Assembly (NCBI GenBank): GCA_051362555.1
Contig: CM120648.1
Coordinates: 10,474,587 to 10,538,586 of the forward strand
Reading direction: 5' to 3'
Length of the DNA: 64,000 bases
DNA from: Lingula anatina
Lineage: Eukaryota; Animalia; Brachiopoda
The notes beneath the pieces are model-generated. The model worked only from the letters and a program-made list of their open reading frames with translations. It had not been told where the DNA came from and ran no database searches. Made by a program: the position numbers and the translations under genes. Positions 40,801-53,768 of this stretch are shown here, in pieces; the first letter of the stretch is position 1; each line of letters starts with the position of its first letter.

Positions 40801-42086
40801 ATGTAAGAGGCTGATTTTGGAAAGAATTTAAAGTGAGGAGGCCCCATAAAGCTGTACCCCGGATAGCTGCAGTCGTAACGTTGCTGTGAACTAGAGTACG
40901 ACATTACGGATATACAGCTGGGCGCTTTCTTTTCCGCGTCTCTGCGTTTTCTGTACATTTTTTACTACGAATTAACTCTCCTTCTCAAAAATATCATCCA
41001 TTCATTGCACCAGGGCAAGCAGTAGATCTAGAAATTTTGTGCGTCTGTTCTGTTAGTCAACCTTATCGAGTCAAATAAATGTGTGTCCATGGCAATAAAG
41101 CACATTTTTTTGTCGCGGAAGATCTGCAGCTAGTGTAGTGATGCCCCCCCCTTCCCCCTCAGATTGCGTCTGATAAAAATCACCAAATCAGAACAAATAA
41201 AATCAATGAATTAGGTAAAATAAACCAGTGTATTATGAAAAAATATCACCACCGTGCATTGTTTGGTATATCTCCCGCTCATTTCATAACAAAAGTACAA
41301 ACTCTCCCAGGACGAAGATCAGGGAGATGAGCAAACTAATGAGGGTACTAAACCAGTGGTTTCAAACAAAACGGGGCGATGAAGTATCAGGGGAGTTTGA
41401 GTCGATAAGAGCGTTTTTCTGTTACTCCAAGATAACGAGTTTCCACTATAGATTTATTTCCATAGCTCGTTTTAAATGTAGCTAAATGCACGCCGCTATT
41501 TTGACATGATATCATTACATTTAACTTCATAAAATGACCAGGATAGTGTGATTATTATTAATTATTAATACGTTACTCAACTGGTTTAGCTCAAATATTT
41601 ATCTCAGGTTAATTTCCGTTTTATGATTCTGCGAAATTCCCACTTTTTGCCATGGTTATCCTGAATATTGTGTTAGCGAAGACCGTGGACACGTGGTTCA
41701 CCAGACGCAATTCAACACCAAGACCTTGTTTGTCACCACCAGAAGTTATGTGGATGGCATATTTTAACTAATTATAATGCAAAACGCATTGGATGAGCTT
41801 CAGTTAAAACTTAAGACGTCAAACTAATGCATTTCATATCCCATATCTCTCTGTAGACCATTGTCAGTGTCAATATGCACGGGACTGTGACCTCGAACGC
41901 ACGAAAATAATCAAACGTGCATTTAGCATGTAAACTAACTAGAAATAAAACTCCCGAAAGAAAGCGGCCATATGATGAAATTGTATTGACGGTATACAGT
42001 GGAATTATTGAAAAAGCGATCATGTATGAATATCAGAGTAAGAAACCACGTGCTCTTACATACACGCAGGTACGCACAAGCTCCGC

Positions 42087-42157
<71 letters not shown>

Positions 42158-43505
42158 TTCAAACACATGAAGCACGTGTGCGTGCATGCGCTCGTGTGAA
42201 CAAGCGTACACAAGCATCCGTGTACAAAGCACTTCCCATTACAAGCATACCATGTAGTTAGTAACACCTTTGAGACACATTACACCAATATAAACACACC
42301 TCGCGGTCATGTAGCGCATTCCATACTAGCGAGGACAACGTGGCCGTCGTAACTAAAGAATCGTTAAAACAATGCACTCTCTTTCAAGGGCTCAAGGTTT
42401 TTCATGTTGTTTTTTTTTTTCAAGTATTTTTTATTTTATTTTCCAATATTATTTTGTAATTGTGATTAATTCACGAATACTTTATATTATTTTAAACAAT
42501 TTTACTTGTGCTTGATAATAGTAAATGTATGACACCAGTTACACATGGTAGACATATTTATGTGCACCAGTATATTACGTACATCGAATATTATTTATTT
42601 AGAAATATTCTTAAGCGCAGCACTCGACACAGGAAACACGAACGCTGTCATCTGTCGCATGTCAACACTCAAGCACAGCTTCTCTTACTTGATACGACCA
42701 TCATTCTTATAGCTAAACAGACGGCATTTTATGTGTCTGATTAGGTATTATGTCGACCTCTGCTTGTGAAAGAGAATACTAAGCGAGTTTATATTCGAGT
42801 TTCGATCATAAATGATACAGCAGAATGGAGGTATGAGTTCCGAGGGTCGATCAGCTGTTTGATGTAGCCTGAAGTTATGTGAGTAAAATATATGAGCAAT
42901 GTTGAGCAATATAATAATTATAATAAACATAATTTTAGATAGGGTGTAACGTATTTAGTAAACTTTGTAACACGTGAAATTCTGAGGGTTTAAATAATGA
43001 ATATTTGAAGAACTAGACTTTGTTTAAAGAAATGGTGGGATAAGCAAGTAATATGAAGCAATATAGTTTGGTATAATGTACATATTTTACTTGGATTTCA
43101 CGGTTTATGTGGTGTAGCGTCAGCTAGCGTAACATACCGAATTACATTTGCTCTTTTAATCCTTCCTTCCTTCCTTCCTACACCCTTCCTACATTTCATC
43201 CTTCCTTGCCTCCATACTTTATTCTTTCCCTTTCTTCGTTCCTAGCCTCCGTACTTTATACCTTCCTCCCTCCCTCCCTTCCTTCCTTCCCTCCTTCCTT
43301 CCTTCCTTCCCCCAATCTTTCTTTCGTTCGTTCATCCCTTCATCATGAACATTATGCGTACATGCCATAAGCATGCACCATTTATAACAGATCTAAGCGG
43401 TATAACATTACTACAAGTAAGAAAAGAAATGATCAGTTGAATACTTCAAAGCTCAGGGTGAAAAACTATTGACGATGTAGAGACGATATCCCACTGCACA
43501 GTTAA

Positions 43506-43725
43506 GCCCCCTTTACACTGGACGGCGTCCTTTCTGCGTCCCGTAGTACACCCCCTGTTTGACAGTAAAAAACAGTGATACTTGACGTGCCGACAAATGG
43601 CCGATCACTGAGCATTCATTCTGCAACCAAAGCGATACTTGTGCCTCCTTTCTATGACCACAGCAATGCCAGTTTCATGGTTGCACAAAGGAAGCAGAAA
43701 GGACGCCGTCCAGTGTGAAGGTTTT
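43506..43725. mobile_element. MITE with Harbinger-like CCTTTACAC termini
   Basis: 28-bp inverted repeat with one mismatch: CCTTTACACTGGACGGCGTCCTTTCTGC (43510-43537) / GCAGAAAGGACGCCGTCCAGTGTGAAGG (43694-43721). The left flank is TAA. Confidence 0.78.
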
Positions 43726-43889
43726 TTTTTAGCAAACTAGGTATCGTACTGCAACATATTTTCTAGATTAAAATTGATATGTGACCCGATTGTCATTTCA
43801 TAGATGCTATCCGTTTTGGGTGAAAAGATACGTTGTAAGTATGACAAAGTAGTTGATACAACGGCAGATTTCGCGATGAGGATACTTAA

Positions 43890-43967
43890 GTTCTATTTCA
43901 AATGATAGAAACACAGATAAGACAAAAGTTCTATTTTAAAATGATAGAAACACAGATAACACAAAGG
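43890..43967. repeat. Tandem duplication, about 38 bp x2
   Basis: GTTCTATTT(C/TA)AAATGATAGAAACACAGATAA(G/C)ACAAA occurs twice. Confidence 0.85.
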
Positions 43968-46900
43968 AGAGTCAGTGTGTGAGAGCGAACGCATGATCAT
44001 TTTCGCATGTATGTTGCACGGCATTTATTATGTGGAAAGAAAGAAAGTTTCTTGAGCGACTGTAAATTACCGTTTAAAACGTATAAAGGTTTCCGAAATG
44101 CAACTTACGGTCTTTATAATGGAGTAATTTTCCATTGGAGGTTGCCTTTGCTTTACATTCAGCGTTAGATAGGAGAGTTGAAAGATGACACACACATAGG
44201 AGTTTGTTTCTTCGGAGAATGTGACCGTGATTGACCCTTCTGTGTGTAGGTGAATTGTAAACTGTAGCACGTGTGCTTCGTGTCATGAATTAATTACGAC
44301 CCCAAATCTAAGCACTTCTCTAGATGTTTTGTTAGGCTAAAAATAGAAGAGAAAAACATCTAGTGAAAATACGCTCTCTCTGATTCTCAAATTTAAATTA
44401 GAAAGTGCATCTGCATCGTGGAATTCTTTGATTTCGTTTGATGTCACAATACATTGTAACCGACATTGCAGCATAAGGGCATATTTTATTTTGACACTGT
44501 ATGGCTGATTTATACCTGTGCAGGACAATTCCAAAACTTGATAACAGTAAGCACTAGGGGCATAGTGACTTTTGATGGCCCCTTTATGCGTTATTTATTC
44601 TTATAAACTAAGGTTTGACATATGCGAAAGTGAAATCTTTAGCGAAAAAAATGCTCCGCCCAAATAATACTCCGCTGGAATGTCTTGAGGGCAAAAAGCG
44701 CGAAGAATGGCCTTGTAAGATAAGAAAGGGCTTTATGTTTACTTGTTGTATCTCTCTCTGTCTCATTTGCCTATCTTTGTAAAAGCACGGTGACTTTAAG
44801 TCTAGGTCATGCACTATCTGATGTAGAAATATAGTTATTATTTTGTTTGGGTCATGTTTAAGATTGTTGATTTGAAACAGTTATTTTTTTCTAGAAAAAA
44901 ACAGAAATCTGATGACAGATAGAATAAAGGTTTTGATATTTTTTTTATTTCTCTCACCTTAATAATACCAAAATTTACCTGTCACTTTTTAAATGATAGT
45001 TTGCTTTGCCTAGTTGTTTAAGAAACAATTCGGGTAAGTTGAATGACTTTAAACCTTCCAACGGGCTTACATCCGAGTCCTAATGCGTTATTAAAGGCGT
45101 ATCACGATGATTTTAAAGCACAGATTGCTTTTTCAATTGTAATCGTTAACGCACCTGGCGGTATCTGACTCTACTGACAATAGCATTTACTCCTGCACCG
45201 ATCTACACAATACTAGATACAGAGTCCGTCAAACCACTTTCTGGCTGTGAATGCAACGTTATCACCGCAGTTAAAGACAAAAATGCATCATATTTTTTAC
45301 CCGCACTGTAGGTCATCGTAAAGGTGTCATTTGGAAGGCAATGTCTTCTGACTTGCCTGAGGATAGGTGGTACCTTAACACACCCCTCAACTCTATGCAT
45401 TTCTAATCTCAATGACAAAGACGAGTGGATTTTCCTTAGGTACCCATAGCGTTTTTTAACCGTGGGTATATCATTACCCGAATTCTTCCTTAAACTAAAG
45501 AGGGCGGTACTTCAATATAACCCAGATGAGCCAATTTGGCTAGGACACACGTATTTGAAGGCTGATGGTACTTTAATGCTGTGACACCGCGTACAGAAGG
45601 AAAGTGAGAGGGAAAATAGACATCATTAAGCCAAACAATGCAAGGCCATCACAGGTACAGCTCTATAAATATCTAAGGTTAAAGTCATTGTTTTGGTCTT
45701 ATTTGAAAACCGTGGGAAGTTAAGAGCACCCGGCAAAGCTGCGGGGATTTCAGCGGGTGAATTTTAAGTTGTAGGGTCATGTTCCTCCCGGAAAATGTTG
45801 AAGTGTACCAGATCGGATCGCAAACGTAGGTAGAAAACGCTTGGATTTATTGCGGAATCGTACTTTTTTGGGTTTAGTCTCTATCGAAGCTATTTTTCTG
45901 CAGGGTAGGTACCGAGTGAAAGCTTTGCAGGTAAATTTTAAACGACCAAGGCATTTGGCATAAATAAATGAGATGGGGCATTTTGCTAGGTCAGAAAAAT
46001 ATTCCAAACGCGCACGGGCTTGTACGTTGACTTTAGATTACCCCTTAACGTTAAATTGATTGCCGTTGTAAAACCATTAGATATAAGGTGCGCCGAAAGA
46101 TGTGAACAAGACATCATACGGACCGGACAAGCAATTTTTTATTGTATACATTATCGTATAAATGCTGAATTTATTTTATCCGAACTTTCTGGTATTCGGC
46201 ATCTTTTTAATGGCAGCTATATTTCGGGTCAATATTCGCATTTGCCCGGATTGCTTCCAACGCGGTTCCAAACGATCTCCGTAGTCTAAAACCTAGCTAT
46301 AACCTAAGGTAAAGCATGTCGAAGCTGCAAAAACCGATGTGCTTGCAATTCTGAATTTTAGTCAGATGTCGATCTGTCCAAAGCTGCTCGAGGTATCTGC
46401 TAGATGCACGATTGAAACTTGCGATGTCTAATCTGGCCTTTGGTGTATAAAGTATTTAAGTATTTTCGACTGCAATGAGTTTCAGCATTTCAACCATAGA
46501 TGGTAAAACCAAACAATCGAAGTCATTTTCAGATTTTTTTTTTTTTTTTTTTTTTGAAAAACCGCTGAAATCTGAGAGTCAAAATGGCCGGCAAGTTCAG
46601 TGTTATGTATTACCAGACTGCATGGAATTTTGGCATGTCAGCCGTGACAGACAATTATTTCTGACCTCTCTATTTATCGTTCACATTGAGGTAAGCGCCA
46701 TTAGCTCCGGGGTAATTGAGTCATTTACACAGGTGAAGGAAAGGCTAACATGGGGTCTTGGGTTTTCAACTAGTAGAATGTATGCATTAATTGTTTTGCA
46801 ACTTCCTATATAATTTAAGTTGATAATCTGTTAGTTTGAGTTCTCTTTCTCCATTCTGCGACACGTAAGGAACAGAAGTGACAGTTATATAACTATATAT

Positions 46901-47258
46901 GCGAGGATATATGTAATTTGCTTTCAGACATATATTATAGTGACATGTGCTACAGTATATAATAGTAGTCGCAGAGAATAAATCCATTAGGACGTTAGCT
47001 ACATTATTTTTACGCCCTTATTACAAATGTATATTTGTATTTTTCTTGTAAAACCGATGCCAAGATGACATGATAATAAATCAAATCAAACCAAATCAAA
47101 TCAAAATCGCAAGCATATGGATTTATTGGCGTTATGAGGCTGTCAGTAGACTTTGGCATGTTGGAACAAATTTATCATTGCGATCACTTTTTAGTAGCGG
47201 TGAGACCACACATATACAACTCTGGACCACTTCTGGGATAAAGACGTGATATGGCATA

Positions 47259-47508
47259 GGGACCGTTCCCATAGGCCTATCATACTAGCTGAATCGATCT
47301 AACTCCTCAGGGATTCTCGATAAATTGCATTCAGTTTTAGCAGCTTAAATATCTGGCACGCCCCCTCGTAACTTACAGTACTTGGGTAAAGTCGGGAATA
47401 CTTTGTGATCCATGATTTTGACCCACTTAGGTCAGGCTAACCCTAACTATCATAACTGAATGGAAGGCGGACTTTCTGTTACACGAACCCTCAATTTCGT
47501 TACACCGG
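47259..47508. mobile_element. Truncated GATCGATC-family MITE half abutting copy 2 of the 4267 dispersed repeat
   Basis: 47259-47340 matches the left arm of the 11779 element; 47420-47508 matches 4267-4355. Confidence 0.65.
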
Positions 47509-47862
47509 ATCTATAAAAAAAATTATGGTGGAATATTGGTCTAAACTTTTTTCGCTCATTTGCCTGACCCAGTGGGCTTACAAGTAATATTTTTAACGTG
47601 TACCTTTAAACGCAGACATAACGAGCCTATTTTTAATTTTCATCAAGGTAGCTCAAATAGTAATTTAAAATCATGTTATTCTCTCTTTAAAGATTTCCCC
47701 TTCATTGGAGCTACATCTTCCTGTATTCTGATATAGTTCCTCCTATTAAATAGAACTAAAACTTATTGTTGCCCATTTCCTAAATTAAGTGAATAGTTAT
47801 CAGAATGGGTAGCGTCCACAGCTCTCGGACAGGCCGTAGCATTGTTTACCCCTAGTAACGGC

Positions 47863-47880
47863 TGACTCAGTAGCTATATA
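47863..47880 (+). promoter_or_regulatory. Candidate core promoter of the + dispanin gene (AP-1 site and TATA)
   Basis: TGACTCA at 47863-47869 is followed by TATATA at 47875-47880, about 770 bp upstream of the ATG exon, which itself begins at an acceptor. Motif evidence only. Confidence 0.3.
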
Positions 47881-48651
47881 GCGTGTTGGGTGCAGAACGG
47901 AGAACCGAGCTGTGACAGTGATTAAGTATAAGAGTCCCCCATGCGTAGCCAGCCAGGGTTTACTTAATGTTAATGATATAAATAATTTATGGGGTTGTGC
48001 TCTAGGGGTTGAATCACTGACCAGTGGCCGTTGCGTCCCCTCACTGGTTGAACACTCCCTAAATAGTCAGTCAGCGTCTTTTGGTCAGTCACTGGGTGAG
48101 ACACAGTTTGCTGGTGCCTCACACTTTGACGTGGGAGCACAGACGAGGCGGACGGGAATAGGAGAGAGAGGCGTGGCGCTTTTAGGCGTGAGAATACGTA
48201 CTCTTGAAGGGGTCCAGTATAGAAAATACGCAAAGTGTGTACGGACTACGTAAAACGACAGATCACTCGCTCAGATGACAATATAACTAAGCTCATGGTA
48301 AAACTCTTAAAGAAATAGAGGATTCAACAGAGAAGCGACAAGGAACGAAGAAAACAATATATAGAAAAATCTATACTGCCTTCATAAGGAAATACGAACG
48401 AAACAAAAACCAGAAGTTTATCCATTTTTGTACTCGTGCTAGAAAATCTGGTTTAAATACAGGCAATATCCAAAAATCTTGAAAACGAGCACCAAAAGGG
48501 AACTACATTGCGAAGAAGAAAAAACTTGGAAAGAAAAAAATCGACCCAGTAACCCTCCCTTGGCACGAACGATATCAATTTCAACTCGATGATTACATCT
48601 GACGAGCGTCGAGATATATTTTCTATATACTTTGATTCCATTGATTCTAGG

Positions 48652-48798
48652 ATGTCGTACCCTGCCTATGGATATGAGTGGAGGTCGGGCAGCCGAGGGG
48701 GTGGCTACGATTCCTGGGATAAAAAACACTACGGCACAGACCCCAGGGATATACACATGAATACGTTAGGAAAGGGTTCAGATTCGCATTTAGTGCAG
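48652..48798 (+). CDS. CD225/dispanin-family membrane protein, paralog 1, coding exon 1
   Basis: Acceptor TTCTAG|G just before the ATG. Encodes MSYPAYGYEWRSGSRGGGYDSWDKKHYGTDPRDIHMNTLGKGSDSHLVQ. Strong donor CAG|GTGAGT, phase 0, in frame with 53769. Confidence 0.72.
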
Positions 48799-48824
48799 GT
48801 GAGTTGATTTGGAGCTTTTTGAGT

Positions 48825-48867
<43 letters not shown>

Positions 48868-49460
48868 TTATTATTGTTATTATTTATTTATTTTGAGAAC
48901 TTTGGCTGTTCTGTAGGCCTATTCAATAGTTTCCATCACCATTAGTCTGCCCACTTCTATATCTTTATTCCACCTAAGATCTAATAAACGGAAAGATTGG
49001 ACACTCGGCGATTCTTCAAAGGGTAATCCGATTAACTGTGGAAAGACGTTCGTACGGCGGAAGTAGTCAGTCGCGTTGTGATCGTGCGCAGGTAGAGCTC
49101 TGTTGCATGTGGGCGATTTCAAGGTAGGTAAATTACCTCTTTTAGTCTTGTAGTTTCTCTGAGAATGTATGTGCAGAAGGGAAAACTAACAGGGTTCACT
49201 TGTGTGTAAAATATGCAATATTTTGGAGAGGATATTATCGTGAAAATTTGCCTTCAATCCGTTGTTGCATTCAAATTAGCAATATGGCGACAGACAAGCG
49301 AGTTTGAATGCTTTGTTACCTAAGGTCTAACACGGGGAGTTTAACTTTATGTACGTTGGTTTTTATATTACTGATGACTGAATAACACTGTCGTTTTATT
49401 GGTTGATAATTTAATTTATAGTAGCTTCGTTTTCTATGAAAATTTAAACAATACTTCGGG

Positions 49461-50236
49461 CAATAAAGCAAAATGGCGGTGCTGATCATAATCGCCGGGG
49501 TTAAAATGCACAGCCGAACACGAAAGTGGATCTATACAATGCGTTGGCAGTTTAATTGTGTCCATCTAAAAAAGTAGTGGAAGGTCGTAGGGTCAAACTT
49601 AGCTAAAATTTAGCTTTTTTTCTTAGGAATATTTAACGGTAAAAATGACAATAACACAAGATGGCGGCGACTTTTGTTATCGCTGGGCTTCAAATGCACA
49701 GCCGAACACGAAATTAGATCTGTACTATGCATTGGCAGTTAAACTGTGTTCATCTAAAAAAGTAGTAGAAGGTCGTAGGATCAAACTTAGCTAAACTTAA
49801 GCTTTTTTTCTTAGGAATATTTAACGGTAAAGATGACAATAAAACAAGATGGCGGCGACTTTTGTTATTGATGGGCTTCAAATGCACAGCCGAACACGAA
49901 ATTAGATCTGTACTATGCATTGGCAGTTAACCTGTGTTCATCTAAAAAAGTAGAAGAAGGTCGTAGGGTCAAACTTAGCTAAAATTTAGCTTTTTTTCTT
50001 AGGAATATTTAACGGTAAAGATGACAATAAAACAAGATGGCGGCGACTTTTGTTATCGATGGGCTTCAAATGCACAGCCGAACACGAAATTAGATCTGTA
50101 CTATGCATTGGCAGTTAACCTGTGTTCATCTAAAAAAGTAGTGGAAGGTCGTAGGGTCAAACTTAGCTCAAATTTAGTTTTTTTTCTTAGAAATATTTAT
50201 CGGTAAAGATGACAATAAAACAAGATGACGGGGACT
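49461..50236. repeat. 188-bp tandem array, about 4.1 copies, inside the transposon
   Basis: AAATGCACAGCCGAACACGAAA recurs at 49504, 49692, 49880 and 50068, an exact 188-bp period. Confidence 0.95.
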
Positions 50237-50342
50237 ACAACTGGTGATATTTTTATCCAGGATTTATACCTAAGTAATGAGAAGATTGCGTGAAAATGTG
50301 CCTCACATCCTTATTATTTTTTTTGTTTTGTTTTGTTTTCAG

Positions 50343-51098
50343 ATGCCATTAAAATGGGTCAAGGCCCGCAGGAGAAAAAAATAAAGAGTAAAATCTGGAA
50401 GCAAAATCAAAAGGTAAGCTTTCTGGTCTATAACTAGAACTTTTTAGTTTATGGAGTTGAAAGTAAAATGTCTTACATACATGGGCACTATCAATCTGTC
50501 CCTTGTGTGTCATGCTCAGTAAGATATTTCCACTGTACCGACAACATTATAACAAGTATTGGATTTCCAATGTACCAACAACATTATTACCAGTATGGGA
50601 TACAAAAAGGCAGGTGCAATCACCACAGTGGATTGAGTGGAATTATACAAATGACAAATAATAAGAGACTAGCACATGTCAGAACCTTTTTAACAGTAAA
50701 ATATTATTTTATTATTTCGGGTGAACGTCATAATGCAAGTGTTGCAGATGATTTAGATGCACCATTGTCAAGTTTGCAAAGTGATTGTAAACAATCAAAA
50801 AGACACACAGATGTATTAAATAAGCAAAATGGTAAGCTGCCCGAAATTAAATATTTAATTTTTGCTTGATAGTTTTACAAGTGCACGAAAAGCTAGGTCA
50901 GTGTTGTCCGTACAGTGGACTTTAACATAACATGAGCAATTAACACGTCAGCATCTTTTTAACTGTGTGATAATATTTTTTTCAGATATATGTTGCAATG
51001 GAAGTGATTCTGATGACGACGTACCCCTGTCAAGTTAACTCGGTGCTACTCAAGAACCTGACAGGCACATTGATATTTCAGCAAATGGACCACCTTGA
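50343..51098 (+). pseudogene. Decayed multi-exon gene fragment carried by the transposon
   Basis: Exon-like blocks: 50343-50413 (TTTTCAG| ... AAG|GTAAGC); 50721-50831 (acceptor mutated to CGG, donor G|GTAAGC; ...ADDLDAPLSSLQSD...); and 50986 onward (TTTTTCAG|; DICCNGSDSDDDVPLSS*). Phase mismatch and premature stop. Confidence 0.5.
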
Positions 51099-52513
51099 AA
51101 CTAGCCATATGTTGTTCTTCATGAAAAACAAATATATCACTATAAATTGTCTCCCTTCTGTAAACTCTGAAGTTTAGTTTGCTGTCAAGTCTAGGTTGGA
51201 ATTAGTCAGTAGTGCTCTTAACAATAGATAAATATTATCATCACGTGCATAATTTTTATTGAATGAGATATTAATGTTGAAACAAGTCAAAATAGGGGGA
51301 AAATGCTATAATTCTTTGTCATGTGAAACTAGTACTCCTAAATAAATTACCTATCTGTTGTGATTGTGTAACAGTCAGTGGTATCTAAAGGTGTTAACAT
51401 TTTTATTTGCATTCCAATATCTGTGCCTTATTAAATCTATAATAAAATGCTTATGAACAGAATATGACTTGTATTATGTTACTATATCAGCCAGAAATGA
51501 CTGATCAGTTTTAAATGCTAAATCTGATGAAATATTGATAATTTTTAGCAATCATCTTTTATTTAGTCACTTTTAGTGAGATGGCAAACAAACTTGTTAC
51601 ACATATTATTCTTCCAATACATTCTGTGGAAGATGTTCAAAGACATATGTTTCAAAACAGATTTTGCAGAGTTTAAAAATATGTGCATTATTATGAAGTC
51701 GCAAGGAAACTATAGGCCCTATTGCATGTGTTCTTTATAAATATGAAAAAACGAGTTTACTTTTATTTGATTGTCAGTATAAAGATATGTCTTACCTTTC
51801 ACTATCATTATGAAGTAGGTACCCATATTAGTGTTTGTGAAAGTGAAATTAAAAACTACTTTTTCTTAAAGGATTTTTTTCAGTCCTTTTTGTTTCACTG
51901 ATTTGCTACGAATATTCTGGTGAATTTGAATTGATTATGCTCTAAAAGAATGACCGCTAATAGTGACAAAGTTTTACAAACATGCATAATAGATCAAGTT
52001 TCTGTTTTGGTGTAGCTTCACCATTCAGTTTCTCCCAGTGATTAGCATGACCTTATTGTCCAAAACGGCATCGAATATCACTATCTGTTACGTTGATGAT
52101 CTCGTCACGTTTCCGGCTATATCTCCACGTCGAGTCAATTTCTATAAAATGGCAGCTGTTGTTACAGGTAGTGCGCTATTGGGTATTGCCTCCTCTGAAT
52201 ATAAAGTATTAAGACAACTACGAAATGTAAACAAACTGTACATCTTTAGAACTTTTTAATAAAAAACTCCACGTGTGCCATTGCTTATCCAATATGGCGG
52301 ATCTACTTGACGACGATGTGGCGTCCGCGAGAATGCACGAGAAATCACGCTATTAGCTTAACACGGGTTAGGTACAATGGGGATTAAAATTAAGCCCGGC
52401 TATCAAAACAACTTAAGGGGAACAATAGAGCAATGTTTACCCGTACGAACGTCTGGTCAAAGGGAAAATGCCGCTGTCCAATCTTTCTGTTTATTAGATC
52501 TTAGATTCCACCC

Positions 52514-52550
<37 letters not shown>

Positions 52551-53088
52551 ATTTTTTTCTTTCAGAATCTTAGTAGGGGACCTATACACAGCACATCTTA
52601 ATTAGGGCCTGAAGTGAATTTGAAAACAATTTTGGCGTTAAAGACCGAATTTTCCTTAGAATGGCTTTCATAAATTATTGAAAATAATTTGTTCTTACTT
52701 TCGTTTAGTCACTTGTTTTAACGTAAGCGACAGGCAATTTCAACCCACTTTTACAGTGTGCAAATGAGTACCGTGTACTAACACTTAATTCGGCTACATA
52801 CGCAAATGCGCAGATGCCTGATATTCACGGTTGCGGTTTATCGTCTGCTGCATGGTCATTACTGTGACCTAAAATAGATGGCACTGACACCAAGATGTGC
52901 CGATAAGCATGATACTAGATTGAATCAGGCTTACTTATCAAGTTTGGAATTTGATAATTTGTTGACAAAGTCTATATTCGTTGTTTGTGTATATTTAAAT
53001 GTAACCCCCCCCCCCTTAACATAGTGATTAGTTTCACCAAAATTAACAAATGTCAAAATAAACCCTCTCGCAAAGAGATTATTCCAAT

Positions 53089-53262
53089 GGCCGCATTCAG
53101 AACAGTGAACTAACAAGTCCGAGGTCAAAAATGGCCGACCCACTTGAACACTTCCCCACGGGATATGTATTCAGTGTCTGTTAGCGGATTAGACGACAAG
53201 CTTTGTAGTGGGTCGCCATATTTGACCCACGGACTAGTTAGTCCTCTATTCTGAATGGGGCC
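53089..53262. mobile_element. MITE, ATTCAGAAC family
   Basis: GGCCGCATTCAGAACAG ... CTATTCTGAATGGGGCC; reverse-orientation homolog of 28021-28195. Confidence 0.85.
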
Positions 53263-53728
53263 AAAGACAGCCGGCCGTCCACTTGGACCTGTAGTTATTT
53301 CCAAAATTATCAAAATTAAATGAAGTTCAGAAGCCGTCTCTTCATAATTCTCCTGGTGTGAATGAGGCAGAGGAACAGGATATTTTCAGTCAGTCAACTG
53401 ATAAAGCTCTTGTACTGATGGGCTGTTTTGTCTATTTAAGACATTGTAGATTGTGTGATTATGTAACGATTTGTGAATCCAGATAGTACAACTTCGCTTC
53501 TTATCCACAGTGTAGTTAGACTTTTTAATCCACTGATTCCCTTTAAATTTATTCACATTTTACTTTTTAATGTAGAGCTTTGACTTTAAGGGGATCAAGG
53601 AGCCTTTTATCTACCTGCTTTTTATCTTTTTTAACTACTGAAATGATAATTATATAATTTTTTAAATCACGTTATGTGAAAAAAAAACAAAATTTCTTTC
53701 AATTCTACTCTTGAGACAGGGAGTTTAC

Positions 53729-53765
<37 letters not shown>

Positions 53766-53768
53766 CAG

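Larger units (their letters stand above)
48974..52504. mobile_element. 3.5-kb unclassified TIR DNA transposon (non-autonomous or decayed) in the paralog 1 intron
   Basis: 30-bp TIR CTAAGATCTAATAAAC(G/A)GAAAGATTGGACA (48974-49003 / 52475-52504, one mismatch). Subterminal 14-bp inverted AGACGTTCGTACGG (49044-49057 / 52441-52454). Flanking direct repeat ATTCCAC (48967-48973 / 52505-52511). Confidence 0.85.

Noticed and set aside
49461-50236. Regularly spaced repeats as a CRISPR-like array
   Set aside because: Whole 188-bp units are repeated with no unique spacers; the context is eukaryotic and there are no cas genes.
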